The translations under genes and the position numbers were made by a program. A stretch of DNA of 32,000 bases. Source: Candidatus Saccharimonadota bacterium (GTDB lineage: Bacteria > Patescibacteriota > Gracilibacteria > UBA1369 > 2-02-FULL-48-14). The DNA lies in contig CP064962.1 in assembly GCA_016699145.1 (NCBI GenBank), positions 960,001 to 992,000 on the forward strand, given 5' to 3'. Positions 17,684 through 25,999 of this stretch are shown in pieces. The notes beneath the pieces were generated by a model. It ran no database searches and had not been told where the DNA came from. It saw only the letters and a list, made by a program, of their open reading frames with translations. Numbering within the stretch: position 1 is the first letter of the stretch; every line of letters starts with the position of its first letter.

Positions 17684-18485
17684 CGGAGAAAGAATAGGTC
17701 ATCGTAAGGAAGGCCACTACACCTAAAGAAATCACTCCCAGAGAACGATGCATTCCAAAAGGTACAAATAGGCCCAATCGAACGAAGTAGAACATGGAAT
17801 AGAGGACTTCCTCGAGACTAACTTCTCTAAAGAAAGAGAGCAGCACAAGGCAAATGATACCCAATGAAAAGCCTAAGATAGCCATGATTTTATTTGCTTG
17901 CACACTCAGAGCATGAGAACGAGCCTTCCAAGCCACAAACAATTGGACCACCGTGTAACTCATGATCATCAAAGGGAAGATATGGTCTTGCATCTGTTCA
18001 TCGTACAGAATTACAGCCACAAGTCCGATCACATACCAACCCGGGACCAGTAAGAGAAACGTCAGTTTTTTTGCCAAACTGTCCTCAATTTTTTGAGATG
18101 CAGTGAGTCGTGTCCAAACCCAACGATAAAAAATCGAATAGAGGAACCCAGCCATTCCAAGGGTGAGTATCCAAAGCGCCCCTTTTGCCAAGAAATTCTC
18201 AGTGATTTCCGTGAAACTGTTTCCAATAAAAGGTAAAAACATCATTGGCATCGAGCACAGCCCAATGAACAACGCTTCCAAGTAAAGAGGGGTATTTTTT
18301 TTCATAACGTCCTTGTAAAAAGAAATAAATTGATGGGGATCTCCCAAGCTTTGATCAGCCTTTTTCACTGAACCCTGCGCATGACAGTCGTCCCAGTGAT
18401 CTTCCAGCTCCCTAAGCAGTCGAGATTTATATTGGTCTTCGGGCAGATCCTCTTTTAAAATGTGTAGAAACTCATTTTTACGCAT
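17550..18485 (-). CDS. Polytopic membrane protein with an N-terminal helical domain of the kind found next to PadR regulators (DUF1700-like)
   Basis: The N-terminus MRKNEFLHILKEDLPEDQYKSRLLRELEDHWDD resembles DUF1700-type sensor N-termini, and about 6 TM helices follow. The start overlaps the padR stop (ATGCGTAA). The last ~40 aa (Cys/Trp-rich) look non-coding. Confidence 0.6.
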   Translation of the reverse strand: MRKNEFLHILKEDLPEDQYKSRLLRELEDHWDDCHAQGSVKKADQSLGDPHQFISFYKDVMKKNTPLYLEALFIGLCSMPMMFLPFIGNSFTEITENFLAKGALWILTLGMAGFLYSIFYRWVWTRLTASQKIEDSLAKKLTFLLLVPGWYVIGLVAVILYDEQMQDHIFPLMIMSYTVVQLFVAWKARSHALSVQANKIMAILGFSLGIICLVLLSFFREVSLEEVLYSMFYFVRLGLFVPFGMHRSLGVISLGVVAFLTMTYSFSVVFYQLVKGEGACLGQGSDWILLSLWTCDASCRVHFDSLGSTCG

Positions 18486-18813
18486 GGGAGGATTTTAAAA
18501 TATTGTGCATCCCTTTGAGGAAAGTTTTGAATTCAGAAGTGTGCGTCAGCAGAGTTTTTTTGCCCTGCGGAGTCAAGCGGTAGTAGCGGCGGTCTTTTTC
18601 ACCCTTTTTTTTCCACTCACTTTCCAAAAAGCCCTTTTCTTCTAAGCGATACAAAAGCGGGTACAAAGTGCTTTCTTGGAACTGAAACACTCCTCCACTG
18701 GCTTCATCGATGCTGCTCAAAAGCTGATAGCCATAGGCTTCCCCCAGGTCTTCCAAGGCTTGAAGGACGATGAGTTCGATGCTCCCTTTTAAGATTTCTT
18801 TTGAAAATGTCAT
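18478..18813 (-). CDS. PadR-family transcriptional regulator
   Basis: KGSIELIVLQALEDLGEAYGYQLLSSIDEASGGVFQFQESTLYPLLYRLEEKGFLESEW is a typical PadR winged helix. I start the gene at the ATG at 18813, not at the track start 18879. Confidence 0.85.
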   Translation of the reverse strand: MTFSKEILKGSIELIVLQALEDLGEAYGYQLLSSIDEASGGVFQFQESTLYPLLYRLEEKGFLESEWKKKGEKDRRYYRLTPQGKKTLLTHTSEFKTFLKGMHNILKSSHA

Positions 18814-18836
18814 AGTTGGGCTTAGGTGATGAATAC

Positions 18837-18866
18837 TATTTACTACAAAGTATAAAGCAATGTCAA
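18837..18866 (-). promoter_or_regulatory. Putative padR promoter TTGACA-18 nt-TAAATA
   Basis: The minus strand reads TTGACAttgctttatactttgtagTAAATA. A direct repeat TAGTA-AA-TAGTA overlaps the -10. Confidence 0.45.
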
Positions 18867-18956
18867 TAAAATAGGTCACGCCAAAAACATTTCAGGAAAA
18901 TTTCAGGACTTCCACATAAAAAGGTCTATATGTAAAGCGGCTTTTAAAAGTCACCA

Positions 18957-18985
18957 TTGACGGTGAGTGCGCACTCACCTATACT
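18957..18985 (+). promoter_or_regulatory. Putative recA promoter TTGACG-17 nt-TATACT with an 18-bp perfect palindrome (candidate operator) across the spacer
   Basis: TTGACG (18957-62), GGTGAGTGCGCACTCACC (18962-79, its own reverse complement) and TATACT (18980-85). The recA ATG is at 19017. Confidence 0.55.
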
Positions 18986-19016
18986 CAAGCCAACTTATCT
19001 CTTTACCTTGCACCTT

Positions 19017-20057
19017 ATGTCAGAAGACAAAGCAAAAGCGGCCAACGAGAACCGCAAAAAAGCCCTCGAACTCGCCCTTTCCCAAATCGAAAAAAACTTC
19101 GGGAACGGCTCCATCATGAAACTCGGAGAGTCCAAACACATGGATGTAGAAACCGTTCCTACCGGCTCTCTTTCTCTTGATCTAGCCCTCGGTGGAGGAA
19201 TACCCAAGGGCCGTGTAGTGGAGGTTTATGGGCCTGAAAGTTCAGGTAAAACCACACTCACCCTCCACATCATCGCAGAAATTCAAAAGCAAGGAGGCCA
19301 AGCCGCCTTCATTGATGCTGAACATGCACTGGACCCAGCCTATGCCCGACGCATTGGAGTGGATGTCGATAATCTTCTCCTTTCTCAGCCCGACGCCGGG
19401 GAACAGGCCCTCGAAATTGTCGAAACGATCGTACGTTCCAACGCAGGGGACATCGTAGTCATCGACTCTGTTGCGGCCCTCACTCCTCGTGCAGAAATCG
19501 AAGGGGAAATGGGAGATGCTCAAATGGGACTCCAAGCTCGACTCATGAGCCAAGCTCTTCGCAAACTCACCGCAGCCATCAGCAAATCAAATTGCATTGT
19601 GATCTTCCTCAATCAGCTTCGTATGAAGATCGGAGTCATGTTTGGAAACCCCGAAACCACTACTGGGGGCCAAGCTCTCAAATTCTATTCCTCTGTGCGT
19701 TTAGAGATCCGTCGCATTGGAACGCTTGAAGGCGCGGAATCCAGCATGGGAGAAGGCAAGGAACTCGTAGGGAATCGAGTCAAAGTGAAGGTGGTCAAAA
19801 ACAAAGTGGCTCCTCCTTTCAAAACAGCGGAATTCGACATTTTATACAACAAGGGTATTTCTAAAGTAGGGGACATCCTCGACCTTGCCACAAAATATGA
19901 ATTCGTGCGCAAATCTGGAGCCTTCTACAGTTACGGGGACACCAAATTGGGTCAAGGACGTGAAAACAGCAAGAGTTTCCTTGAAGGGAATAAAGAACTC
20001 TCGCAAGAACTCGAAGGCCTTATTCGAGAAAAAGTTGCCGCTCAATTGGCCCTTTAA
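19017..20057 (+). CDS. recA: Recombinase RecA
   Basis: [45 protein letters not shown] and the remaining RecA sequence are unmistakable. The ATG at 19017 gives a 346-aa protein; the track extension from 18957 is not RecA-like. Confidence 0.97.
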   Translation: MSEDKAKAANENRKKALELALSQIEKNFGNGSIMKLGESKHMDVETVPTGSLSLDLALGGGIPKGRVVEVYGPESSGKTTLTLHIIAEIQKQGGQAAFIDAEHALDPAYARRIGVDVDNLLLSQPDAGEQALEIVETIVRSNAGDIVVIDSVAALTPRAEIEGEMGDAQMGLQARLMSQALRKLTAAISKSNCIVIFLNQLRMKIGVMFGNPETTTGGQALKFYSSVRLEIRRIGTLEGAESSMGEGKELVGNRVKVKVVKNKVAPPFKTAEFDILYNKGISKVGDILDLATKYEFVRKSGAFYSYGDTKLGQGRENSKSFLEGNKELSQELEGLIREKVAAQLAL

Positions 20058-20086
20058 AAGGCCCATCCAAAACCAGTCATTATTAA

Positions 20087-20566
20087 ATGGAAGACCCAAA
20101 TTTAAGATCATTGATGGATTATGCTTTGCGCGCGCTAGCAAGACGCGCACACACCTCCCATGAACTTCTCGTGAAACTTCGAAGGCGTGCGAACTTCACA
20201 GAAGCTCTGGGAACTCGTGTGATTCAAAGACTCGAAGAGCTCAAACTGCTCAACGACACGGAACTCATTAAAAGCCAACTTTTGAACGCCGTTCATTATC
20301 GCCACCAAGGGCACCTCAAAGTTGCTAGCAAACTTTATAAAAAAGGCATTCCCCTCAGTCAAACCAAGGCCGCTTGGGTGGAGCTCAAAAAATCAGAACA
20401 ACTTTCTGAACGCGAACTCGCTCTTGCGGCCCTGGAGAAAGCCAAAAAACGCTTTCAAAACCTGCCTCCACAAAAACAATATCAACGCAGAGCACAGTTC
20501 TTAGCTTCGCGAGGTTTCTCACCTGAACTCACCTTTGAGCTTGCCAAACCTGATGAATCTTTGTAA
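20087..20566 (+). CDS. recX: RecA regulator RecX
   Basis: 159 aa directly after recA. The N-terminus (AL..LARRAHTSHELLVKLRRR) and three helical repeats are typical of RecX. Confidence 0.8.
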   Translation: MEDPNLRSLMDYALRALARRAHTSHELLVKLRRRANFTEALGTRVIQRLEELKLLNDTELIKSQLLNAVHYRHQGHLKVASKLYKKGIPLSQTKAAWVELKKSEQLSERELALAALEKAKKRFQNLPPQKQYQRRAQFLASRGFSPELTFELAKPDESL

Positions 20567-20642
20567 GATTCAAACATCAGGATCGGTTAACTCAAAGTAG
20601 GATTCACCATCCTGCTCGTTTTACCAAACTAAATACCCTCGT

Positions 20643-21884
20643 ATGCATCAACAATTCATGGCGGCCGTACGCCAACTCTGCAACGAAAAGAATCTGCCCG
20701 AAGAAATCATCATGGATATCGTGAAGGCAGCGCTGCGCACCGCTTATCGTAAAGATTACGGCAATAAAGAACAAAACATTGAAGTCGACATCGATCCCAA
20801 GACCGAAAATGTAACGATCTATATCGTTAAAAAAGTCGTGGATAAGATTGAAGACTCTGATTCAGAACTCACTCTCGAAGACGCTCGCAAGCTCAACAAA
20901 AACATCAAACTCGACGAAGAAATTCGAATGGAGGTCACCCCCATGTCTTACGGTCGCATCGCTGCGCAAGCTGCCAAACAAGTCATCATTCAACGCATTC
21001 AAGAAGCAGAACGAGACTTCATGTTCGAAGCGTTCAAAGACCGTGAAAATGAACTCATCAATGCTCAAATCCACCGTGTGGATGGCAATCAAGTTTACGT
21101 CGAAATGGGAGGAGTAACAGCCCTTTTGCCCGCTCGCGAACAGATCAGTTCTGAACAATACTACGGAGGGCAACGCATCAAGCTCTACCTCGATAGAGTG
21201 GTCAAAACCACCAAAGGGCCTCAATTGCTCATTTCTCGCACCCATCCCAAGCTCGTTGAAAAGCTGATGGAGCTGGAAATCCCCGAGGTGAAGGCGGGCA
21301 CAGTCATCATCAAAGGAGTGGCTCGTGAACCGGGAGTCCGCTGTAAAGTGGCCGTCATGTCCAAAGATCCTCAAGTGGATCCCATTGGAGCGTGTGTAGG
21401 ACAAAATGGAGTGCGCGTTCAAAGTGTGACACACGAACTCGCAGGGGAACGCATCGACATCATTCCTTGGAACGAAGATGCGCAGAAGTACATCATGGAG
21501 TCCCTCAAGCCCGCGAAGATTTCTCGCGTGGAGATTGATGAAAAAACTCATCTCGCCAGGGTTTATGTGACTCAAGATCAACGTGCACTCGCCATTGGCA
21601 AGAGTGGACAAAACGTTCGCCTCGCCTCTCATCTAACAGGTTGGGAAATCGATATCCTCGACACCGATACCCCTGCGGGTGCGGCAGCAGAAGGACAAGA
21701 AAACAAAGTGAAGATGGTCAGCGATCTCGATCTGCCGGAAAACATCAAAGAAAAACTGGTTTCAGTGAGCTTGGAACAAGTGGCTCAGCTCATGGGGCTC
21801 TCCATCAAAGATTTCATGCAAGTCGATGGAATCACAAAAGAAGAAGCGGCTCAAATTGTGAAAGCGGTGGAAAAAAGCAAGTGA
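20643..21884 (+). CDS. nusA: Transcription termination/antitermination factor NusA
   Basis: 413 aa with an N-terminal domain, S1 (INAQIHRVDGNQVYVEMG), two KH domains (GACVGQNGVRVQSV, AIGKSGQNVRLASHLTGWEIDI) and a C-terminal HhH-like tail. Confidence 0.95.
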   Translation: MHQQFMAAVRQLCNEKNLPEEIIMDIVKAALRTAYRKDYGNKEQNIEVDIDPKTENVTIYIVKKVVDKIEDSDSELTLEDARKLNKNIKLDEEIRMEVTPMSYGRIAAQAAKQVIIQRIQEAERDFMFEAFKDRENELINAQIHRVDGNQVYVEMGGVTALLPAREQISSEQYYGGQRIKLYLDRVVKTTKGPQLLISRTHPKLVEKLMELEIPEVKAGTVIIKGVAREPGVRCKVAVMSKDPQVDPIGACVGQNGVRVQSVTHELAGERIDIIPWNEDAQKYIMESLKPAKISRVEIDEKTHLARVYVTQDQRALAIGKSGQNVRLASHLTGWEIDILDTDTPAGAAAEGQENKVKMVSDLDLPENIKEKLVSVSLEQVAQLMGLSIKDFMQVDGITKEEAAQIVKAVEKSK

Positions 21885-21903
21885 ACGCAAAGTAAAAAAC
21901 TTC

Positions 21904-21934
21904 AAAAGGGGGCTTCAAAAAAGTCCTCTTTTCT
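21904..21934 (+). terminator. Possible intrinsic terminator after nusA
   Basis: Stem GGGGGC (21908-13) pairs with GTCCTC (21923-28) including two G-U pairs. The loop is 9 nt and TTTTCT follows. Confidence 0.4.
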
Positions 21935-21942
21935 GGTATAAT
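21914..21942 (+). promoter_or_regulatory. Putative promoter of the PilB-like gene: TTCAAA-17 nt-TGgTATAAT
   Basis: The extended -10 TGGTATAAT ends at 21942, only 1 nt before the track ORF ATG at 21944. This argues for the downstream ATG at 21983 as the real start. Confidence 0.4.
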
Positions 21943-21982
21943 CATGAGATCGCTCAAACCTGTGCGTTCAAAAGTTCCACCC

Positions 21983-23695
21983 ATGGACGACCAAAACTTC
22001 ATCAATTCCAAAATTCAAACCGATGGTCACGTCGCTTTAGCGACAGCAACCGGTGGAACGCCTTTATCTTCCATCAACCGGGAATTTGAAGAACGCACGA
22101 CCATGGAAAAAGCCCAACAAATGGGCATGAGCTACATCGACATCGCCACCGTGCACGTCAATCCCGATCACCTCAAAGTGCTCACCCAAAAAGAGGCGGA
22201 AGAAGCCTTGGTGGTGCCTTTCTTTAAGCTAGGGAAGAAACTGCGACTGGCCATTGTACACCCCACTCAAGCGGCCACCCAAGATCTCATCCGAAAATTG
22301 AAAGCAGAAGGCTACGCCATCAACGTCAATCTGGCTTCTGAAAATGGCCTACGAAGAGCTTTGGAGGCGTATCGCAAGCTCGAAGGAGTCACCCCAATTC
22401 AAACAGAAAACATCGTGGACGAAGCAAAAATCACGTCCTACCAAGCGGAAATTGAAAATCTCACGGCCCTTCGCACAAAAATTCAAAGCGTCACCGCCGA
22501 AGAAGCGCTCAATGTGCTCAGCGTGGGTGCCCTTAAAACCGGTGCGTCAGACATGCACTATCAACCCGAAGAAAACAAAGTTTTAGTGCGCTTCCGCATC
22601 GACGGAGTCTTGCAACAAGTCCTAGAACTGGATTTGAACACCTATGGCTACCTCAGCAATCAGCTCAAATACAAGGCGGGCATGCATCTCAACATCAGCA
22701 ATGTACCACAAGATGGACGTTACGCCTTCCTCGTCAACGGGCGCAAAATCGATGTTCGCGTTTCCTCCATTCCCACCGAATACGGCGAAAGTTTCGTCTG
22801 TCGACTGCTCGACTCCAAAAAGAAAAACCTCACTTTTGAAGAACTCGGATTCGAAAATCGCAACTTGAATTTGATCAAAAAATCCTTAGACCTAGCCAAC
22901 GGAATGATACTGGTCACTGGACCTACTGGCTCCGGAAAAACAACCACGCTCTACTCCATGCTCAATGCCTTCAATCAAGCAGAAAGTAAAATCATCACCC
23001 TGGAAGACCCCATCGAATACCACCTCACGGGCATCACTCAAAGCCAGATCAATGAAAAACGCGGTTACGATTTTGCCTCGGGCTTGCGTGCCATACTTCG
23101 TCAAGACCCCGACCTCGTAATGATCGGAGAAATTCGAGACGAAGCCACTGCCGAAACCGCCGCTCAAGCTGCGCTCACCGGACACATTTTACTGTCCACT
23201 TTGCACACCAACAGCGCCATCGAAACCATTCCTCGCCTGCTGAACATCGGGCTCAAACCCTTCATGATTGCCCCTGCTCTCGGATTGGTCATGGCCCAAC
23301 GCCTCGTGCGAAAAGTCTGCCCCTATTGCGTGACCCAAGTCCCCATCAAGGAACAAGAACAGAAAATCCTCAGCGCCGCGATAGATCAAATTCATACAGT
23401 GGATGCCAATCTTGCCCTCTCACTGCCTGTCACCTTGCCTTTGGCGGCGGGTTGCGAACACTGCAGTCACACTGGATTTTTAGGCCAAATTTCCATCGCA
23501 GAAATGTTTAACAATACAGAGGAATTGAAGGAAGCGATACTCGCAGAAAAATCAGCAAATGAACTCTTTAAAATCGTGCGAAAAAACGGCATGCTCACTC
23601 TGGGTGAAGACGGCATGCTCAAAGTTTTGCGTGGGGTCACAACTTTGGCGGAAGTAGAAAGGGTCACAGATATTATGCTTCAAACCACGGTATAA
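21983..23695 (+). CDS. GspE/PilB-family type IV pilus / type II secretion assembly ATPase
   Basis: T2SSE_N-like N-terminal domain, Walker A GPTGSGKTTT, DPDLVMIGEIRD, His box GHILLSTLHTN and a tetracysteine motif CPYC...CEHC. Confidence 0.9.
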   Translation: MDDQNFINSKIQTDGHVALATATGGTPLSSINREFEERTTMEKAQQMGMSYIDIATVHVNPDHLKVLTQKEAEEALVVPFFKLGKKLRLAIVHPTQAATQDLIRKLKAEGYAINVNLASENGLRRALEAYRKLEGVTPIQTENIVDEAKITSYQAEIENLTALRTKIQSVTAEEALNVLSVGALKTGASDMHYQPEENKVLVRFRIDGVLQQVLELDLNTYGYLSNQLKYKAGMHLNISNVPQDGRYAFLVNGRKIDVRVSSIPTEYGESFVCRLLDSKKKNLTFEELGFENRNLNLIKKSLDLANGMILVTGPTGSGKTTTLYSMLNAFNQAESKIITLEDPIEYHLTGITQSQINEKRGYDFASGLRAILRQDPDLVMIGEIRDEATAETAAQAALTGHILLSTLHTNSAIETIPRLLNIGLKPFMIAPALGLVMAQRLVRKVCPYCVTQVPIKEQEQKILSAAIDQIHTVDANLALSLPVTLPLAAGCEHCSHTGFLGQISIAEMFNNTEELKEAILAEKSANELFKIVRKNGMLTLGEDGMLKVLRGVTTLAEVERVTDIMLQTTV

Positions 23696-24534
23696 GATCG
23701 GTTTTGAGTTTGCACCAAAAGACCGCGCAATTCGAGTTGAGTCAGTGCTTCATAAAGCTCCACCAAACGTCCCGAAAATTCCTGCGTCAATTCACTGGAA
23801 GAACAGGGGTGCTTTTTCAAAATCTCATAAAGTTCTCGCTCCAAACCTTTCAAATGCACCGGAACGGTATGCTGTTTTTCGGGCCTCAATTTTAAAATGG
23901 GAATCAAATCGGAAGGGAGCGTCACCAAGTGAGCCCCTCGCTTGATCAGATCCAGACAGCCGATGCTCGCCTCATCTTCAATGCGTCCAGGCACACACAG
24001 CACGTCTCGGCCTTCGGTCAAAGCATGTTTAGCGGTATTGAGGGCTCCAGAAGGGTAGCCCGCTTCCACGACCAAAGTGGCGGAACAGAGTCCCGCAATC
24101 AAACGGTTTCGTAGCAAATAATCACTCTTGTACCGCTCTTCATTAGGGGCATATTCCGAAAGCAAAAGACCTCCCTTCTCAAGAATTCCCTCAGCCAGTT
24201 GCCGATGCACCGTAGGCCGCAGCACATTCAAACCCTGAGCCAGCACCGCCACGGTTTTCCCATTTCCTCGCAGCGCACCTTCATGCGCCGCCGCATCGAT
24301 CCCAAAAGCCAGTCCACTCACAATGGTGACCCCCCAAGCAGCCAAACTTTCTGCAAAACGCAAAGTGGTGCTTTCTCCGCGTGCCGTACAGCGTCGCGTG
24401 CCCACCACAGCCAAACAAGGAGCTTGAAGCACCTCCAAATTCCCACTGTAATACAAGCATTCAGGAGCCGTGCCCGTTGCGGCCAAAAGCGAAGGGTAGC
24501 GCGGATCATCTCGAAACAATTTTTGAATTTCCAT
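23680..24534 (-). CDS. dprA: DNA-processing protein DprA (Smf)
   Basis: YPSLL....PECLYYSGNL, AVVGTRRCTARGE, SGLAFGIDAAAH and VVEAGYPSGALNTA match the DprA Rossmann-like domain, followed by a C-terminal winged helix. Convergent 16-nt overlap with the PilB-like gene. Confidence 0.9.
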   Translation of the reverse strand: MEIQKLFRDDPRYPSLLAATGTAPECLYYSGNLEVLQAPCLAVVGTRRCTARGESTTLRFAESLAAWGVTIVSGLAFGIDAAAHEGALRGNGKTVAVLAQGLNVLRPTVHRQLAEGILEKGGLLLSEYAPNEERYKSDYLLRNRLIAGLCSATLVVEAGYPSGALNTAKHALTEGRDVLCVPGRIEDEASIGCLDLIKRGAHLVTLPSDLIPILKLRPEKQHTVPVHLKGLERELYEILKKHPCSSSELTQEFSGRLVELYEALTQLELRGLLVQTQNRSYTVV

Positions 24535-24592
24535 AGAAAATAAAAGTCATCGCTATTTTAAAAGACCGATGAGCAAAAGTCCTGAATAAAGC

Positions 24593-24622
24593 TTGACTAA
24601 TGCAAGTCACTTGCATTAAGCT
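24593..24622 (+). promoter_or_regulatory. Putative zur-operon promoter TTGACT-18 nt-TAAGCT with a 21-bp dyad (candidate Zur/Fur box)
   Basis: TAATGCAAGT-C-ACTTGCATTA (24598-24618) is a perfect 10-1-10 inverted repeat lying between the -35 and -10 hexamers. Confidence 0.5.
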
Positions 24623-24643
24623 AAATTGCAACCTGAAAAAAGA

Positions 24644-25069
24644 ATGAATATTTTAGAATCCCATTTGAGTCGCTGGAAAAAAGAAGGCTACCGCATGACC
24701 CAAAATCGCGTCGCCTTGCTGGAACTTTTTTTAAAGGAAGCCCACCCCTTATCCGCCGAAAAACTCTTAAAAAAATTAAAACAAAAACGCATCACTTTAG
24801 ACCCTTCTACTCTCTATCGCGAACTCGAATTTTTGAACAAAGAAAACGTGATTCACGAAGTCCAATTCCAAGAAAAAAAACGGCACTTTGAACTCAGTTT
24901 TAAAAAACATCATCACCATCTTTATTGTCTGAAATGTGAGCACATTGAAGAAGTGGAAATGGAAGGAGAACTCGAACAAATCGAAAAAAAATTGGCTCGA
25001 AGAAGCCGCTTCAAAATCCAATCTCACCGTTTAGAATTCTTTGGCCTTTGCGCCCGTTGTACCTCTTAA
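24644..25069 (+). CDS. zur: Fur-family metalloregulator, probably Zur
   Basis: Fur-family winged helix (RMTQNRVALLELF...HPLSAEKL), HHHLYCLKCEHIEE and a C-terminal CARC (two CxxC pairs). It is the first gene of a metal ABC uptake operon. Confidence 0.75.
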   Translation: MNILESHLSRWKKEGYRMTQNRVALLELFLKEAHPLSAEKLLKKLKQKRITLDPSTLYRELEFLNKENVIHEVQFQEKKRHFELSFKKHHHHLYCLKCEHIEEVEMEGELEQIEKKLARRSRFKIQSHRLEFFGLCARCTS

Positions 25070-25085
25070 TTTTTGCCCTCCCACC

Positions 25086-25997
25086 ATGAAAAAAACACTC
25101 CTAGCTCTGCTTTGTCTCCTTTTAATCCTTCCTGCCTGCAAAGAAAATGTCACAGACGAAAAAATCGATGTCGTCGCCACTTTTTATCCTCTGGCTTATT
25201 TTGCGCAGCGCGTGGGCGGCATGCATGCCAACGTGAACAATTTGGTGCCCACCGGGGGTGAACCTCACGATTTCGAACCCAGTCCACGTCAAATCGTGGA
25301 AGTGACCGAAGCCGATATGGCCTTGTATTTGGGCGAAGGTTTTGAACCTTGGATGCAAGATTTAGAAAGTGAATTGGAAGCAAAGGGAGTGGTCGCACTG
25401 GCGGTGAATCAAAAACTTCCCTTGGTGGAAGGAAAGGGAGAGCACGAAGAAGGGATTTATGATCCTCACACCTGGCTGGACCCTCTTTTGGCTCAAGAAA
25501 TAGTGACGCTCATTGCTAAAGGATTCATTCAGGCAGATCCCGAAAATGAAACGGTCTACTTGGCGAATGCAGAAGCTTTGCTGCGTGAATTGCAAGCCCT
25601 TCACCAAACGTATCAAAGCGTTTTGCACACCTGTACCGAAAACACCATCCTCACTTCTCACAACGCTTTCACTTACTTGGCTGAACGTTATGACATTCAA
25701 ACGCTTTCTGTGGCCGGACTTTCACCCGAAGAAGAACCCTCGGCGGATCGACTGGCCCAACTCGCAGACTTTGCTAAAGCGGAGCAAAGCAAGTACATTT
25801 TCTTTGAAACACTCGCCACGCCCGATGTGGCCAAAACCCTGGCCGACGAAGCCAGCCTCACGCCTCTACTTTTCAACCCCATTGAAGGGCTGACTCTAGA
25901 AGAAGCGGCAGCGGGTGAAAACTACTTCACGCTCATGCAAAGCAACTTGTCCAACTTGAAATTGGCTCTCATCTGCACCGATTCTTCACCGCTCTAA
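25086..25997 (+). CDS. znuA: Metal (Zn/Mn) ABC transporter substrate-binding lipoprotein, ZnuA/TroA family
   Basis: Lipoprotein signal MKKTLLALLCLLLILPAC|K, followed by VVATFYPLAYFAQRVGG, EPHDFEPSP and DPHTWLDP, which are cluster A-I SBP motifs. There is no long His-rich loop, so metal specificity is uncertain. Confidence 0.8.
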   Translation: MKKTLLALLCLLLILPACKENVTDEKIDVVATFYPLAYFAQRVGGMHANVNNLVPTGGEPHDFEPSPRQIVEVTEADMALYLGEGFEPWMQDLESELEAKGVVALAVNQKLPLVEGKGEHEEGIYDPHTWLDPLLAQEIVTLIAKGFIQADPENETVYLANAEALLRELQALHQTYQSVLHTCTENTILTSHNAFTYLAERYDIQTLSVAGLSPEEEPSADRLAQLADFAKAEQSKYIFFETLATPDVAKTLADEASLTPLLFNPIEGLTLEEAAAGENYFTLMQSNLSNLKLALICTDSSPL

Positions 25998-25999
25998 TC

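Noticed and set aside
18957-18985. Similarity of TGACGGTG in the recA promoter to the actinobacterial RecA-independent (PafBC-type) motif TGTCGGTG-N8-TAnnnT
   Set aside because: The distance to the -10 is 14 nt, not 8, and one core base differs. The perfect palindrome is the better-supported feature.
20549-20581. Stem-loop spanning the recX stop codon (CCTGATGAATCT...AGATTCAAACATCAGG) as a terminator
   Set aside because: The stem has 12 bp with a 4-nt bulge but no downstream T tract, so I did not call it an intrinsic terminator.
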